Assembly: GCA_051453625.1 (NCBI GenBank) | Contig: JBOZIK010000001.1 | Coordinates: forward strand, 27,105,884-27,140,820 | Source of the DNA: Welwitschia mirabilis | Lineage: Eukaryota | Reading direction: 5' to 3' | Length of the DNA stretch: 34,937 nt | Shown: in pieces, positions 1 to 12,579 of the stretch | Layout of the letters: each line of letters starts with the position of its first letter | Numbering within the stretch: position 1 is the stretch's first letter | Position numbers and translations under genes: made by a program | Notes under the pieces: model-generated | Databases searched by the model: none | Told to the model about the DNA's origin: nothing | What the model saw: only the letters and a program-made list of their open reading frames with translations

Positions 1-886
1 AATTCAATTAATGCTTTAATCTTAAATAACAATAGAAAGTAAGGGATTGTAAAGCACTCAAGATCTATGAAATAAAAATACTAGATGATAAAAAGGAATT
101 TACACAACTAAACTAAAGTTAATAATTAAAGAAGTTATTTAAGGATTTTAATTATGATAGTACTCATGAATCAAGATCAAAGAAAAATAACTTTTTCATT
201 ACAGAAAGAACAACTTTATAACAAATAAAGAAGAAAGCAGAAAGGACTCTTTAGCAATCCTCAGAGAGTAATTTAGTCCCTCAAAGAGTTGCTTAAAAAA
301 CTTTAAAAAGTTAATGCTTTAACATTTCTCATTTCTCCAAGATAAAGATGAATGTAATAAAAGGTTCAAACCCCTTTTATAAGGGGAGATGGGGGTGAGG
401 GATGGTTACAACTTTTTGCTTATAGCATTAGGTAGAATCTCTTTCATCTAGAAATAGGTATATAAGATTCTATCTTATAGCATCTGGTAGAGGTTTTTAG
501 GTAGTGTTTGGTGGAGTCTTCATTATGATGAGTCCAATATGTGGCCTTTAGAGCCAAATTTCTCTACTAAGTAGTGCTATCACCAGATGTCTCCAATGCC
601 ACCTCCACATGCCTCTGCCACATGTCTTCAATTACTTTTACTGTGTGTCACCAACTCATGTCTTCATTTGCCACCACTGTTTTACATAGAATTGTGTCTT
701 TTTTATGCCATGTGTTTCAAAACATGGCTAAGAATCTGCAATTAATATGGGGAAAAACATAAAATGAAATGTTATTTTAAAAACAATAGAAAACATATTT
801 AATGATTAAAATAATTAAATTAATGCATTTATCTATAATAAATTGCCTAAAACACTTGATATAAATGTCAATTTTTATGTGTTAAT
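1..886 (-). mobile_element. Partial LTR of an LTR retrotransposon (probably Ty3/gypsy), reverse orientation
   Basis: Minus-strand TATA-like CTTATAAAAGGGG (plus ccccttttataag, ~371-383). Internal repeats ttatagcat..ggtaga at ~420 and ~476. Texture and ending (ttttatgtgttaata, ~886) resemble the reverse complement of plant LTRs. No partner LTR seen. Confidence 0.35.
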
Positions 887-1499
887 AGTTGTTTACTTGA
901 CTTTCCTTCTAACTAAAGGGTTACTTTATAATTGGTTCATTATCATTTTTAATTTAATAATTTCTCAACTTACTAATATAAAAATAGGTAAAAACAAGAG
1001 TAAGTAATTTTACCAAAACATCTTTTTGGATCTTACTATGCTTATGTGATTTGGTTTATTAATAGTGTTTGTATATAACCTTTCTTTCTTACTCACTTAG
1101 ATATAATTGCATGCCTTCTATTACTTAATTTCCACTCTTCTAGCACTTTTAAAGGTAAAAGCTCTTGAGATTATGATCTAAGAAATTTTTTTAGTAGTAC
1201 TTTCATTTACTAGCTAAGGTAGCTAATTACTATGTTTACATTATACATATATTATTTCTTATAACTAAGTCATTCTATTTTTTATTTTTATGTATATGAG
1301 TAAAACTCATGATTTTGATGTTTCCTTTCCTTATTTGAGAACATGAAGATTGATAATGCCTTATCTTTAGGTATTAAATCTATGCTCAAGGGATGTCGTT
1401 TATTTTCTTTTAGTGCAAAATTTTCTATTAGTTTAATTTTCATTAATTTTTTATTTAGTGAATAACATTTTGCATTTTTTTATAATATCCTAAACTTTA

Positions 1500-2690
1500 T
1501 AATCAACTATTGAGGATATCAGGTAGTACACACTTCTCTAATTTTTATAAAAAGATAGTTTGAAGAAACCATATAAGAAGTTCATTTTTGTAGGTCACCT
1601 ACTCTATTTGATATTATTTACACCTAGTTTTAGAAAGAAACTTTGTATTTCTAGTTTTGTGCTTGAGGAGAAACCTCTTAATGGATTTGATGACTTATTG
1701 GATTCTCAAGAGATGATGAAGTTATGATGGTTATTCAAGCACTCTTTAGACCATGCATAATCCTTTCCCAATGTCATAATATACTATGATTGATACTAGC
1801 ATTATGTCCTTCAACATTGAGTAGCTTCTTTTCATGGTGGAGGCTTTAGAATCAAGATTCAAAGAGCTTATGCATTACCTTAGNNNNNNNNNNNNNNNNN
1901 NNNNNNNNNNNNNNNNNNNNNNNNNNNNNNNNNNNNNNNNNNNNNNNNNNNNNNNNNNNNNNNNNNNNNNNNNNNNNNNNNNNNNNNNNNNNNNNNNNNN
2001 NNNNNNNNNNNNNNNNNNNNNNNNNNNNNNNNNNNNNNNNNNNNNNNNNNNNNNNNNNNNNNNNNNNNNNNNNNNNNNNNNNNNNNNNNNNNNNNNNNNN
2101 NNNNNNNNNNNNNNNNNNNNNNNNNNNNNNNNNNNNNNNNNNNNNNNNNNNNNNNNNNNNNNNNNNNNNNNNNNNNNNNNNNNNNNNNNNNNNNNNNNNN
2201 NNNNNNNNNNNNNNNNNNNNNNNNNNNNNNNNNNNNNNNNNNNNNNNNNNNNNNNNNNNNNNNNNNNNNNNNNNNNNNNNNNNNNNNNNNNNNNNNNNNN
2301 NNNNNNNNNNNNNNNNNNNNNNNNNNNNNNNNNNNNNNNNNNNNNNNNNNNNNNNNNNNNNNNNNNNNNNNNNNNNNNNNNNNNNNNNNNNNNNNNNNNN
2401 NNNNNNNNNNNNNNNNNNNNNNNNNNNNNNNNNNNNNNNNNNNNNNNNNAATGCCTTACATACTTAAGAAACTCATCATTCTTTCCTTAACAAAGTGTAC
2501 TTCATTGTTACTATAAGGTAATTAATTTTCCATGTGATTTTAAGTGTAGTTGAGCTAGGTGTTTTATTTTTCATTATCCTATTTTGATAAATTAACTCAT
2601 TTGGCTTTGATATATGAATTATCTTGTTAATGTAACAAAGGGCTACTTCTATGTGAATCATCAGGGGGTTAAGTAGAAAGTGTTACATAA
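1500..2690 (+). mobile_element. Highly degenerate Ty1/copia relic (post-integrase SH3-like region, possible PPT)
   Basis: 1560-1670 reads LKKPYKKFIFVGH ... CISSFVLEE, resembling copia KLxPRAxKCxFVGY ... ISRDVxFxE. Purine tract agggggttaagtagaaag followed by tgtta at ~2662-2686. Interrupted by an N gap. Confidence 0.3.
1884..2449. other. Assembly gap (N run)
   Basis: Run of N. Confidence 0.99.
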
Positions 2691-4699
2691 AAATATCATC
2701 TATATGATATAAGTAAAAACTTTATGATTCCTTTATTCCTCCCTTATATATATGTTCATGGGAATTTTTATGTAATAATAATTTCTTTTTTCCCCTTAAT
2801 ACTTACTGAATGTGGTGGAGAATATGCATCTCTAATAGAATTTACTATTTGATTCTAATTCTATGAAATCCTTAAATAAATGCAATGCCTTATTAGTAGC
2901 ACAATTGACTAGTATTTAGGACATAATGTATATTTATGTTGATTATCTAAACATCATAATGGATGATATCTTTATCATGTATCATAGCAGTGAGTTGTCT
3001 AAGAATTACGTGTCTTATACATTGGTGGCTTATACTAATCTTTACATGAAGCTTTATAATAATCCATATGCAATATCTAACTTTAAATCTAGGAACTAAT
3101 TCATCTTTTCAAATACATGCATTATGTATATTCTAATAATTCCTCTAATGCATCCATTGGAGATGCAAACTTGGAACTATATATAGTTAGATTAAGCCTT
3201 TGTGAGTTAGAAGCCCTAATATTTAATTGTTAAGCATATTTTTCCTCTAGGGTATGCATGATCTCTTTTTCTTTTTTTTTTTTTTTTTATAGTCTGGTTT
3301 TGGGGCTTGTAGTGAAGGAATATTTTCGAAATACCTCTTTTTTATGTTTATTTTATAACCATCACTTCTTTGTATGGATTTTTAGCCTCAAACATTTTCT
3401 TTAATAAAAAATTTAGATATTTATATTTAAGTAGCAATTTACTACTTCAAAATCGGATTTCATACTAATTATAATATACCTTTTAAGAACTTTAAACACC
3501 TTAACATATTTTAGGATAATCATTAAATAAATTTCTTAAAAATCATATTTGATAATTATAATTCACAATTTTAGTTGAAGGATATCATCTTTATTACTTT
3601 GAGCATTATTTGTACATTTACTTGATAAGGCTTTACATATTTTACTAGTGATCAAAGGTAGAAGTACCATCTTAAGCCCTCTCCTATAACCTTTGGGAAT
3701 TACTCAAGGTTATCATGAATTAAATTTTCCTATCCTATTCATCCCCACATAATGCCTTAATCTTATACCTTCTCAAGGGAAACTTACATAGGAGAATATC
3801 TTTAAATTCATAATAATGACACTTAACCACCCTCGGTTATATACATAACAATTATATAATAATGAATATTAATTCATCCTTTCCATGATTCATTTCATAG
3901 TCTAACTAATTCTATTAAAAATGGAACTTAAAACATCACAAAAAATGTAGAGAATGAATACTTCTTTAATCCAAAAAACATGATCTTATCTAAAATGATA
4001 GTTTCTATAAGTATATCTTTAGAAAATATAGCTTAAGTTACCTCTATGTAAATCTAACAAATAAACTTTTTCTTTGAAATTATACTAATAGTGGTATTTT
4101 TACTCTTTGATGAAATAAAAAAGGCCTCAAATTTTATTATTAAAAATTTTAACAATGTCAGAATCATTACCAAATAACTAGGGAATAAAGGGAAGGGAAT
4201 AAAAGCACTCTGTTAATAAAGGACATGAACTGAATAAATACTAAAAGAATAATATTATGAATAAAATTTGGTTTAATAAATTTAATTTTTATAATCTAAA
4301 CCAAAACAAATAATTCTATCTTTATAAAAAAACTATAAAGGATAATAGCATCTCCTTCTCCTTGCTTACAAGTAGTAGTATGACTCTTTAATAATTAGCA
4401 TGTTGAAAAAGAAAGTTATTAAGAAGAAATATTAATTACATAAATAAGAATAAAGTCAAAAGAAGTATCTAAGATTAAAAAAATATTTATGATATTTACA
4501 TCAGAGCCTCCTAGTAAAACCTCTGACAATCCATAAGAGAATATTCAAGTTGTAAAAAAGGAGGTTTTATTTGTACCGTCCTTTAAAAGATCAATGTATA
4601 CTTAGTAATCAATATCCATATTGTTTATGAAAAGTTAAAGAGGATTTTCTATCTTCACTTGTGATTAATAACTAGGAGAATATAAAAAATGGAAATCTA

Positions 4700-5200
4700 A
4701 GCCCTTATGAAGGAGGTAATTACTCATGTCTTGTTAGTAACTTCAATGAAGCCATTATGATTTACTACATGTTTATACAAAACTAAAGTGAGGATTAATA
4801 AGGAAGAATTTAAAGTTTAATGCCAACAATAAGGCTAGGTTGAGGTTGCTAAGTGGATGCAAGCCATAAATGTTGTATATTTATAATAGTACTTAAATTA
4901 AAAGGATTAAATTAAGAAATAATAAATTCACTAGAGATAAATTCACTAAAGGGAGGATGGAAAAAAAAAGATGGAATAAATATCTTGGATCAAAGTTCAT
5001 TCAATTTTTTCCTAGAGGATAAGAAGTGGCATGTATAAATATAGTGTCCTTTATGATGACAATAACTATAATAGTTGGAAATATAGAATATTTTACTTTT
5101 TAGATGAAGACATGTTCACCTTACTAGAGAGTTAAAGAGTGCTTCTATTAAGAAAGAATCACTTCAATAAAATATATTTTAAAATTAAAATCTTAAAATG
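4700..5200 (+). mobile_element. Possible degenerate retrotransposon gag relic
   Basis: From 4972 reads WNKYLGSKFIQFFPRG*...KTCSPY*RVKECFY, reminiscent of Ty3/gypsy gag W..L...F...FFP ... CPxH ... FY. Many stops. Confidence 0.25.
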
Positions 5201-6649
5201 TATATTTCCAATCAATTTAATGATATCACTCTTGACTAAAGAGAAAATCAAAGGAAGATCAGAAAGTACAACATAATATGAAATATAGTCATAAGTTAGG
5301 TCATTAACATTAAAGCTAATTTTGTTTGCATGAGTAACTAATATCATGATTTTTACCTAGAAACATTTTGAGAGATAATGCTCTCTTTATAATGCAGGCA
5401 TTAGAAATGTTATCCAAAATAAACTTACATGCATAATATTCAGCATGAATAACCTTAGTATCCTTTAATTAAAAAAACTCTAAACATGCGTTACATAACC
5501 AGGATCAAAAGGGAGACAAAAAACAAATACTTAAACAAATATCAAACATGAAGTGCAATATTTAGACACCAATTAGAATATTTCAAGAGGAAAATCGATA
5601 GAATAATTACCTTTTCCTTCAATTTTAGAAAGAAGTGATGAAGCTTCTTCAATAAATAGAAAAGGTGATTTACTAATTGTAAACATTAGAAAAAGGGGGA
5701 AAATTTAAAAAGGCTATCTAAAAACTAATAGATCTATAGATTAGTAGAGAAATTGGGTAGAAATGAAACACAATTAGCAAAACAAAAATGTAGGACAAAA
5801 GTGCACCAAAAACCTTAAAGTGAAAATATGACTCAAGATGTCACAGATAGAATTGTATCTCTAAATTTTTATCAATAAAGTATATAGCTGTAGATTCTTC
5901 TATTTTCTTAGTTTCTTATGTTATCTTTTTGGTTATTGCAAGCCATTCTAGAGTGTTTTTAACAATAGAGTTCTACATCAAATACATTTTCATGCCTCAT
6001 AGGCTTATGATTAATTAGACTGCTCATGTGTAATGCACAAATCTCCAATCATTGCTTTCAAGTATTATTTTATTGTCGTTATCTAGTCTAAGTCTCTCAA
6101 TGCACCTCTTCTTTTGCATATCCTATACAATTCTTCTTCTTCTTTAGATTCAAATTCCATTCATTATTTTATACTAATACTATTTGTTTGTTCTTATTGT
6201 ATTAGTGCATATGCATCTATTGTTATTATGAATTTTCATACTTAAGGATTTATATATGATGGGATTTTAAAAATATGTATATATAATATAATGTGAAGAT
6301 CAAGTTGTCATTCATATGTGATATTAAAAAATAATAACTATAGAGATTACTATTCTTTCTTATTCAAAGCATTATTAAATAATTATTCTCAACTAACTTC
6401 TATGTCTAAAGTTTAGAGATTTTAAAAGGTTCAAAAGTCATGGCATGTTACACTTATGAGCAGAAAGGCCATCACTATGTCAATTAGATAAAATGTGTAG
6501 GAACCATAAGATTTTTCCCCCATAAGATTTGTGATAAGCTTTAAAATATCAAGAAATTTTAATCTACCAAACATAGTTCTTTGATAATGTGTAGTCTTAT
6601 CCTAAATGTTATGGATGATACAAAAATTTTAAAATCTTCACTAATATTA

Positions 6650-7080
6650 GCTTAAAGCAGTTCTTTGATTGCACTCTTCGTTAGTTAAAGTGTCCCTTGA
6701 ACACACCTGACAATTTTTTTGTGAAATGTGATGAAGCTATGCTTGAAGCCTTGTAATTTAACACGTCTCAAAGATTCTAATGTCTTTTGAAAATACAACC
6801 CCCCTTTGCTCTTAAGAGTGCAATTACCACAATTCTACCATGGTAATTACAGCCCAAAACTCATAGCAAAGGATTTCAAACTTGAAACTCTACAGCCACT
6901 CCTTTCCTTGAAAGTACAACGATAATGTTTAAGGCATCGGAATGTTTGAATCCACCCATAACCATGCATCAAGTTTAATTGAAACACCCACAAGGAATTG
7001 TAAGGTTTGAATCCATCATTATGCCACCACTGATACCCAAATATGATCAAAAGGATTAGCTAATAATTTCTAACACTGTT
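6650..7080 (+). repeat. Copy A (most diverged) of an unidentified dispersed coding-type repeat
   Basis: 6904-6920 ttccttgaaagtacaac is the exact reverse complement of 10622-10638. Collinear short matches to the reverse complements of copies B/C: aaatgtga.gaa (~6724), attctaatgt (~6774), aaggcatcg (~6930), gtaag..gaatccat...gcca (~7000-7025). Confidence 0.4.
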
Positions 7081-7222
7081 GTCACCGCTAAATCTATCTG
7101 AATAATTGGCACAGAAGTCGTGGCAGATAGACACACCGCTGACTGACCACAGTTACTTAACGATTATATAAATCAACGGATAAGAATCGAAGAAGCTAAA
7201 CTGCCTCTTAAGTTATGTACTA

Positions 7223-7248
7223 CATGCATTGAGGTTATGACACGTGGC
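7223..7248 (+). promoter_or_regulatory. RY element (CATGCA) plus ABRE/G-box (GACACGTGGC) upstream of the GH1 gene
   Basis: catgca at 7223-7228 and gacacgtggc at 7239-7248, inside the CpG-retaining zone 5' of the gene. Motif match only. Confidence 0.35.
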
Positions 7249-7332
7249 ATAGAATTTAAAATTTGTGGTGTGCATTTCAGCTGGACACCTCATTTAATAT
7301 GAGATATTAGACTGTTTAGCCGATAAGAATAT

Positions 7333-7935
7333 NNNNNNNNNNNNNNNNNNNNNNNNNNNNNNNNNNNNNNNNNNNNNNNNNNNNNNNNNNNNNNNNNNNN
7401 NNNNNNNNNNNNNNNNNNNNNNNNNNNNNNNNNNNNNNNNNNNNNNNNNNNNNNNNNNNNNNNNNNNNNNNNNNNNNNNNNNNNNNNNNNNNNNNNNNNN
7501 NNNNNNNNNNNNNNNNNNNNNNNNNNNNNNNNNNNNNNNNNNNNNNNNNNNNNNNNNNNNNNNNNNNNNNNNNNNNNNNNNNNNNNNNNNNNNNNNNNNN
7601 NNNNNNNNNNNNNNNNNNNNNNNNNNNNNNNNNNNNNNNNNNNNNNNNNNNNNNNNNNNNNNNNNNNNNNNNNNNNNNNNNNNNNNNNNNNNNNNNNNNN
7701 NNNNNNNNNNNNNNNNNNNNNNNNNNNNNNNNNNNNNNNNNNNNNNNNNNNNNNNNNNNNNNNNNNNNNNNNNNNNNNNNNNNNNNNNNNNNNNNNNNNN
7801 NNNNNNNNNNNNNNNNNNNNNNNNNNNNNNNNNNNNNNNNNNNNNNNNNNNNNNNNNNNNNNNNNNNNNNNNNNNNNNNNNNNNNNNNNNNNNNNNNNNN
7901 NNNNNNNNNNNNNNNNNNNNNNNNNNNNNNNNNNN
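7333..7935. other. Assembly gap, probably spurious (identical 44-bp flanks)
   Basis: 7289-7332 is identical to 7936-7979 (ctcatttaatatgagatattagactgtttagccgataagaatat). Confidence 0.9.
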
Positions 7936-8196
7936 CTCATTTAATATGAGATATTAGACTGTTTAGCCGATAAGAATATAGTTTCTTTCAAAATACGAAG
8001 ACGCAGAAGTTGCAGCGTCCGGGTTGTCGTTTTTGACCACTCGTACTATTTTATTCTGTTTGCGAACCATACATTATTACACGCAGATTGCCAGCCAGTG
8101 CCGATGCACTCACACTGCCATTCTGTTGCCATGCCTAGTTGCTATGTATAGATAGCCCTGCGACTGCATCTGCATCATCATCGTCCTCAAGTATTG

Positions 8197-8337
8197 ATGG
8201 CGCGCCTTTGCGTCGAGTTTCTGGTTGCGCTTTTGCTATCTGTTCTTGCATTTGCCCTTGCAGAAAACCATTCGCCGCGACCGGTTCCTGGACTTGCCGA
8301 ACATTTTCTCTTCGGCTCCGCTACGTCTGCATATCAG
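8197..8337 (+). CDS. GH1 pseudogene exon 1 (signal peptide + FGSATSAYQ)
   Basis: MARLCVEFLVALLLSVLAFALAENHSPRPVPGLAEHFLFGSATSAYQ; ends CAG|GCAATT (GC donor). Confidence 0.85.
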
Positions 8338-8409
8338 GCAATTATATGTCCTCTTAGTCTTTTTGCATCTGTCTCAGAAGTTTGTTCATTCGCAGTCAGT
8401 AAAGTTTGA

Positions 8410-8622
<213 letters not shown>

Positions 8623-8717
8623 TAGCAGAGAATGTTGGATACATCCTGTTGCGATTGGCTGCGGAAAAGCGCAGAAAGTCATCCCTGATCGGTTTAATTT
8701 GGTTGGATTTGTTGCAG

Positions 8718-8793
8718 GAAGACGTCGATCTTCTCGAGGAAATGGGCATGGATGTTTATCGCTTCTCTCTACCATGGCCTCGCATAATTCCCA
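8718..8793 (+). CDS. GH1 pseudogene exon 3
   Basis: ttgcag|EDVDLLEEMGMDVYRFSLPWPRIIP|gtaaat; 76 nt, the conserved plant GH1 exon size. Confidence 0.9.
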
Positions 8794-8834
8794 GTAAATA
8801 TTTTCTCCTTTCTCTCAGAATGGTAATGTAGTAA

Positions 8835-10226
<1,392 letters not shown>

Positions 10227-10439
10227 GAGTCCCTGTTCCGCCAAGATTTTGGTTTTTTATTTAGAAAACATTCCCGTCAACTTTTCTCCTTTCCCCTGAA
10301 ATAAACCTTTTTAAAATACAGCTCCTCAAGATTCTTAGAAAATGAAAATGGTTCCTCAAAAAATATTAATATTGCATCCATACTATTCCTGAGGATTTAG
10401 AATCATACCATAATTTGTTTCTTATTTTATGCTTTTCCG

Positions 10440-11440
10440 AATGAGATTGTAATTTAAATGGTGGGACACTTTTATCCAATCACAATCACAAAGTTACATG
10501 TTTGAATCTTGGAATGACCTATCCAATCACAATCACAAAGTTACATGTTTGAATCTTGGAATGACCTGTTTGTCAAATTACGATGCCTTTTACACAACTA
10601 AATTATTTTTTTGGTGTGGTAGTTGTACTTTCAAGGAAGCATCACCACTAAAAGTATTGAGTCTCAATTTGACCTCTCCTTAATTTTTTTTTTCCGTGAA
10701 CATTAGAATATTATATATTAGTATTTACATGGGATTGAAATTCCAATTCCCATTAAAAATTAATATTCCTCACATTTAAAACATAATAAAATAAGGCTTA
10801 AGAAAGGTCAAAATTTTTTTAAGCTCAAGCAAAGAAGAAAATTGTATGAAGACTTCCTATCAAAAGATAATGATATCCTAGAGTTTTTAGATTTATAGAG
10901 AAAAACATCATGAGTATTGCTATAATCTAATTTCATCTTCCTTGAAGTGTAAATCACGTGTTTCCTAAGTAGTTAACTCACTTCTGATGCCTTTATGTCA
11001 TTAGTGTTTAGGAAACATCATACAATCATGATTATAAAGTAAAATCTTTACTCTGAATAAAATTGTGTTAATATGGACATCATATCAATAAGAGGTCCTT
11101 TCTAGTAGCTACACCACATTTAAGATTAATTCTAAGAAAACATACTTATGAATTAAAACTTTGTAATGTTATATTCAATTCTACCCTTGTGAACTTTTCA
11201 CAATGACAACTTGTATGTATTCATAACCCAAATGTCACCCCCATATAATTAATTGATTTGATTTCTCTCATGCTTGATGTTGATTATTGAGTATAATAAT
11301 AAATCACTGATTAGATATCATTTCTAATGATTCACTAGAATGTCAAACTTCAACATATAGGGCAAAATTTTTACTTTTTAACCTATTCCCATATAAATAA
11401 TTGATAGGTCTTTATGCTTGATGCTAATTGTTGAGTATGA
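10440..11440 (-). repeat. Copy B of an unidentified dispersed repeat (degenerate transposon-like ORF)
   Basis: Collinear with 24100-25080. For example 11037-11125 aagtaaaatctttactctgaataaaattgtgttaatatggacatcatatcaataagaggtcctttctagtagcta matches 24700-24773 aagtaaatcttttctcttaatgaaattgtattaatatgaatatcatatcaataagaatccctttctagtagcta. Its right end carries an old ~150-bp internal duplication (~11240 vs ~11388). Confidence 0.75.
10473..10566. repeat. Perfect 47-bp tandem duplication
   Basis: tatccaatcacaatcacaaagttacatgtttgaatcttggaatgacc twice (10473-10519, 10520-10566). Confidence 0.95.
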
Positions 11441-11499
11441 GGCATTCACATAAAGGCAGCAATGGATACTAGTGTTAATAATCCTTTCTTCGTGGCTAT

Positions 11500-12400
11500 G
11501 TGTGAAGTTAATATTGTAGGTAATATGAAGCCATCTATAAAGATTTTGCAACTATATATGCCATTGGATTTTTTGTTGATCCTTCTCCTTCACTGAGGAA
11601 TCTTTAGGTGTGGATTAGTAAGACTTGGGAATTCAAAGTTTTTCATGTCTCCTTAGTTTTCAATCTTTCAAAAAGTTTCTTTTTCTTTCATTTCAAGAAA
11701 GGGATTAATGTTAGCCAAGTAATAAATAATGGCCCTTGGTTTATTGGTTCAACTTTTCTCTTTCTTAAGCCATAAGTCAAAGGCTTTGAAGTTAATGATT
11801 ATACTTCTCGAGAGGTGTCTATATGGGTTAAATTTCACAATTTAAAGATCTTACCTTAGTCATTTTGTTTTAGATTTGTGTAAGAATCTTAAAACCTTTA
11901 TCATAAAAGAGAGAAAACTTCTGTTAATGTCAAACTAGGGAAACATGCTTGCATTCTTATTGATTTGGCCTCTACAACTTTGTTATTAGATGTTTTATTG
12001 GTAAATATAAGTCATGGATTATTTAGCAACAAGTTGTATATCGTCGACTACTAGGGAGCTATAGTTAATATCAAAGTCAACAACATCTCATTCAAGATTA
12101 TTTGAAGCTTAAAGAACACAAAGAGACATCTTGTTTGGAACCTCCTAAAGATAAAACTATCACCTTCCCAAATCTACAAATGTTAACCCTCTATATTTCA
12201 CTTCTGATTTTGAGAAATAAAAATCTACAAGTTCATCTAAAGAAGATATTCTGAATGAATGGCACACATCCAAGTGTAAACGGTCTACTAAGAACACACC
12301 TAAGAGTGTAAAAAACTACCAATCCTATGACTCCTACTAAATCTATTAGCTTTCAACATTTTCAACATCCTTCCACTAGTGAAGGCTTTTCACATTCTAG
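11500..12400 (+). pseudogene. LINE ORF1 relic (DUF4283-type)
   Basis: GPWFIGSTFLFLKP* at 11731, VSIWVKFHNL at ~11815, ACILIDL at ~11947, matching GPW....l.l..W / vWV.l..LP / ARvlVevDl. Confidence 0.75.
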
Positions 12401-12579
12401 AATTTCTCTTAGTAAATGACCTTTTGTGCTTGGTTTGAATAATAGGTTTTTTTCTCTTTCCTAAGAATCTCTAAACACCTCAAATACTAGCTCTATATTT
12501 ATTGATTTATGCAATAATGGTAGAGATGAAATGCAGCTCCATGAAGGAAACACCTTAATCTTTCTCTTTCTAATTAATA

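Noticed and set aside
4900..5460. Endogenous caulimovirid movement-protein relic
   Set aside because: Resemblance is vague, the same text fits retrotransposon gag better, and no other viral genes lie adjacent.
11060..11300. Assigning repeat B/C to a CACTA Tnp2 transposase via ATRKDL
   Set aside because: Copy C reads ATRKGF, and other diagnostic Tnp2 motifs were not convincingly found.
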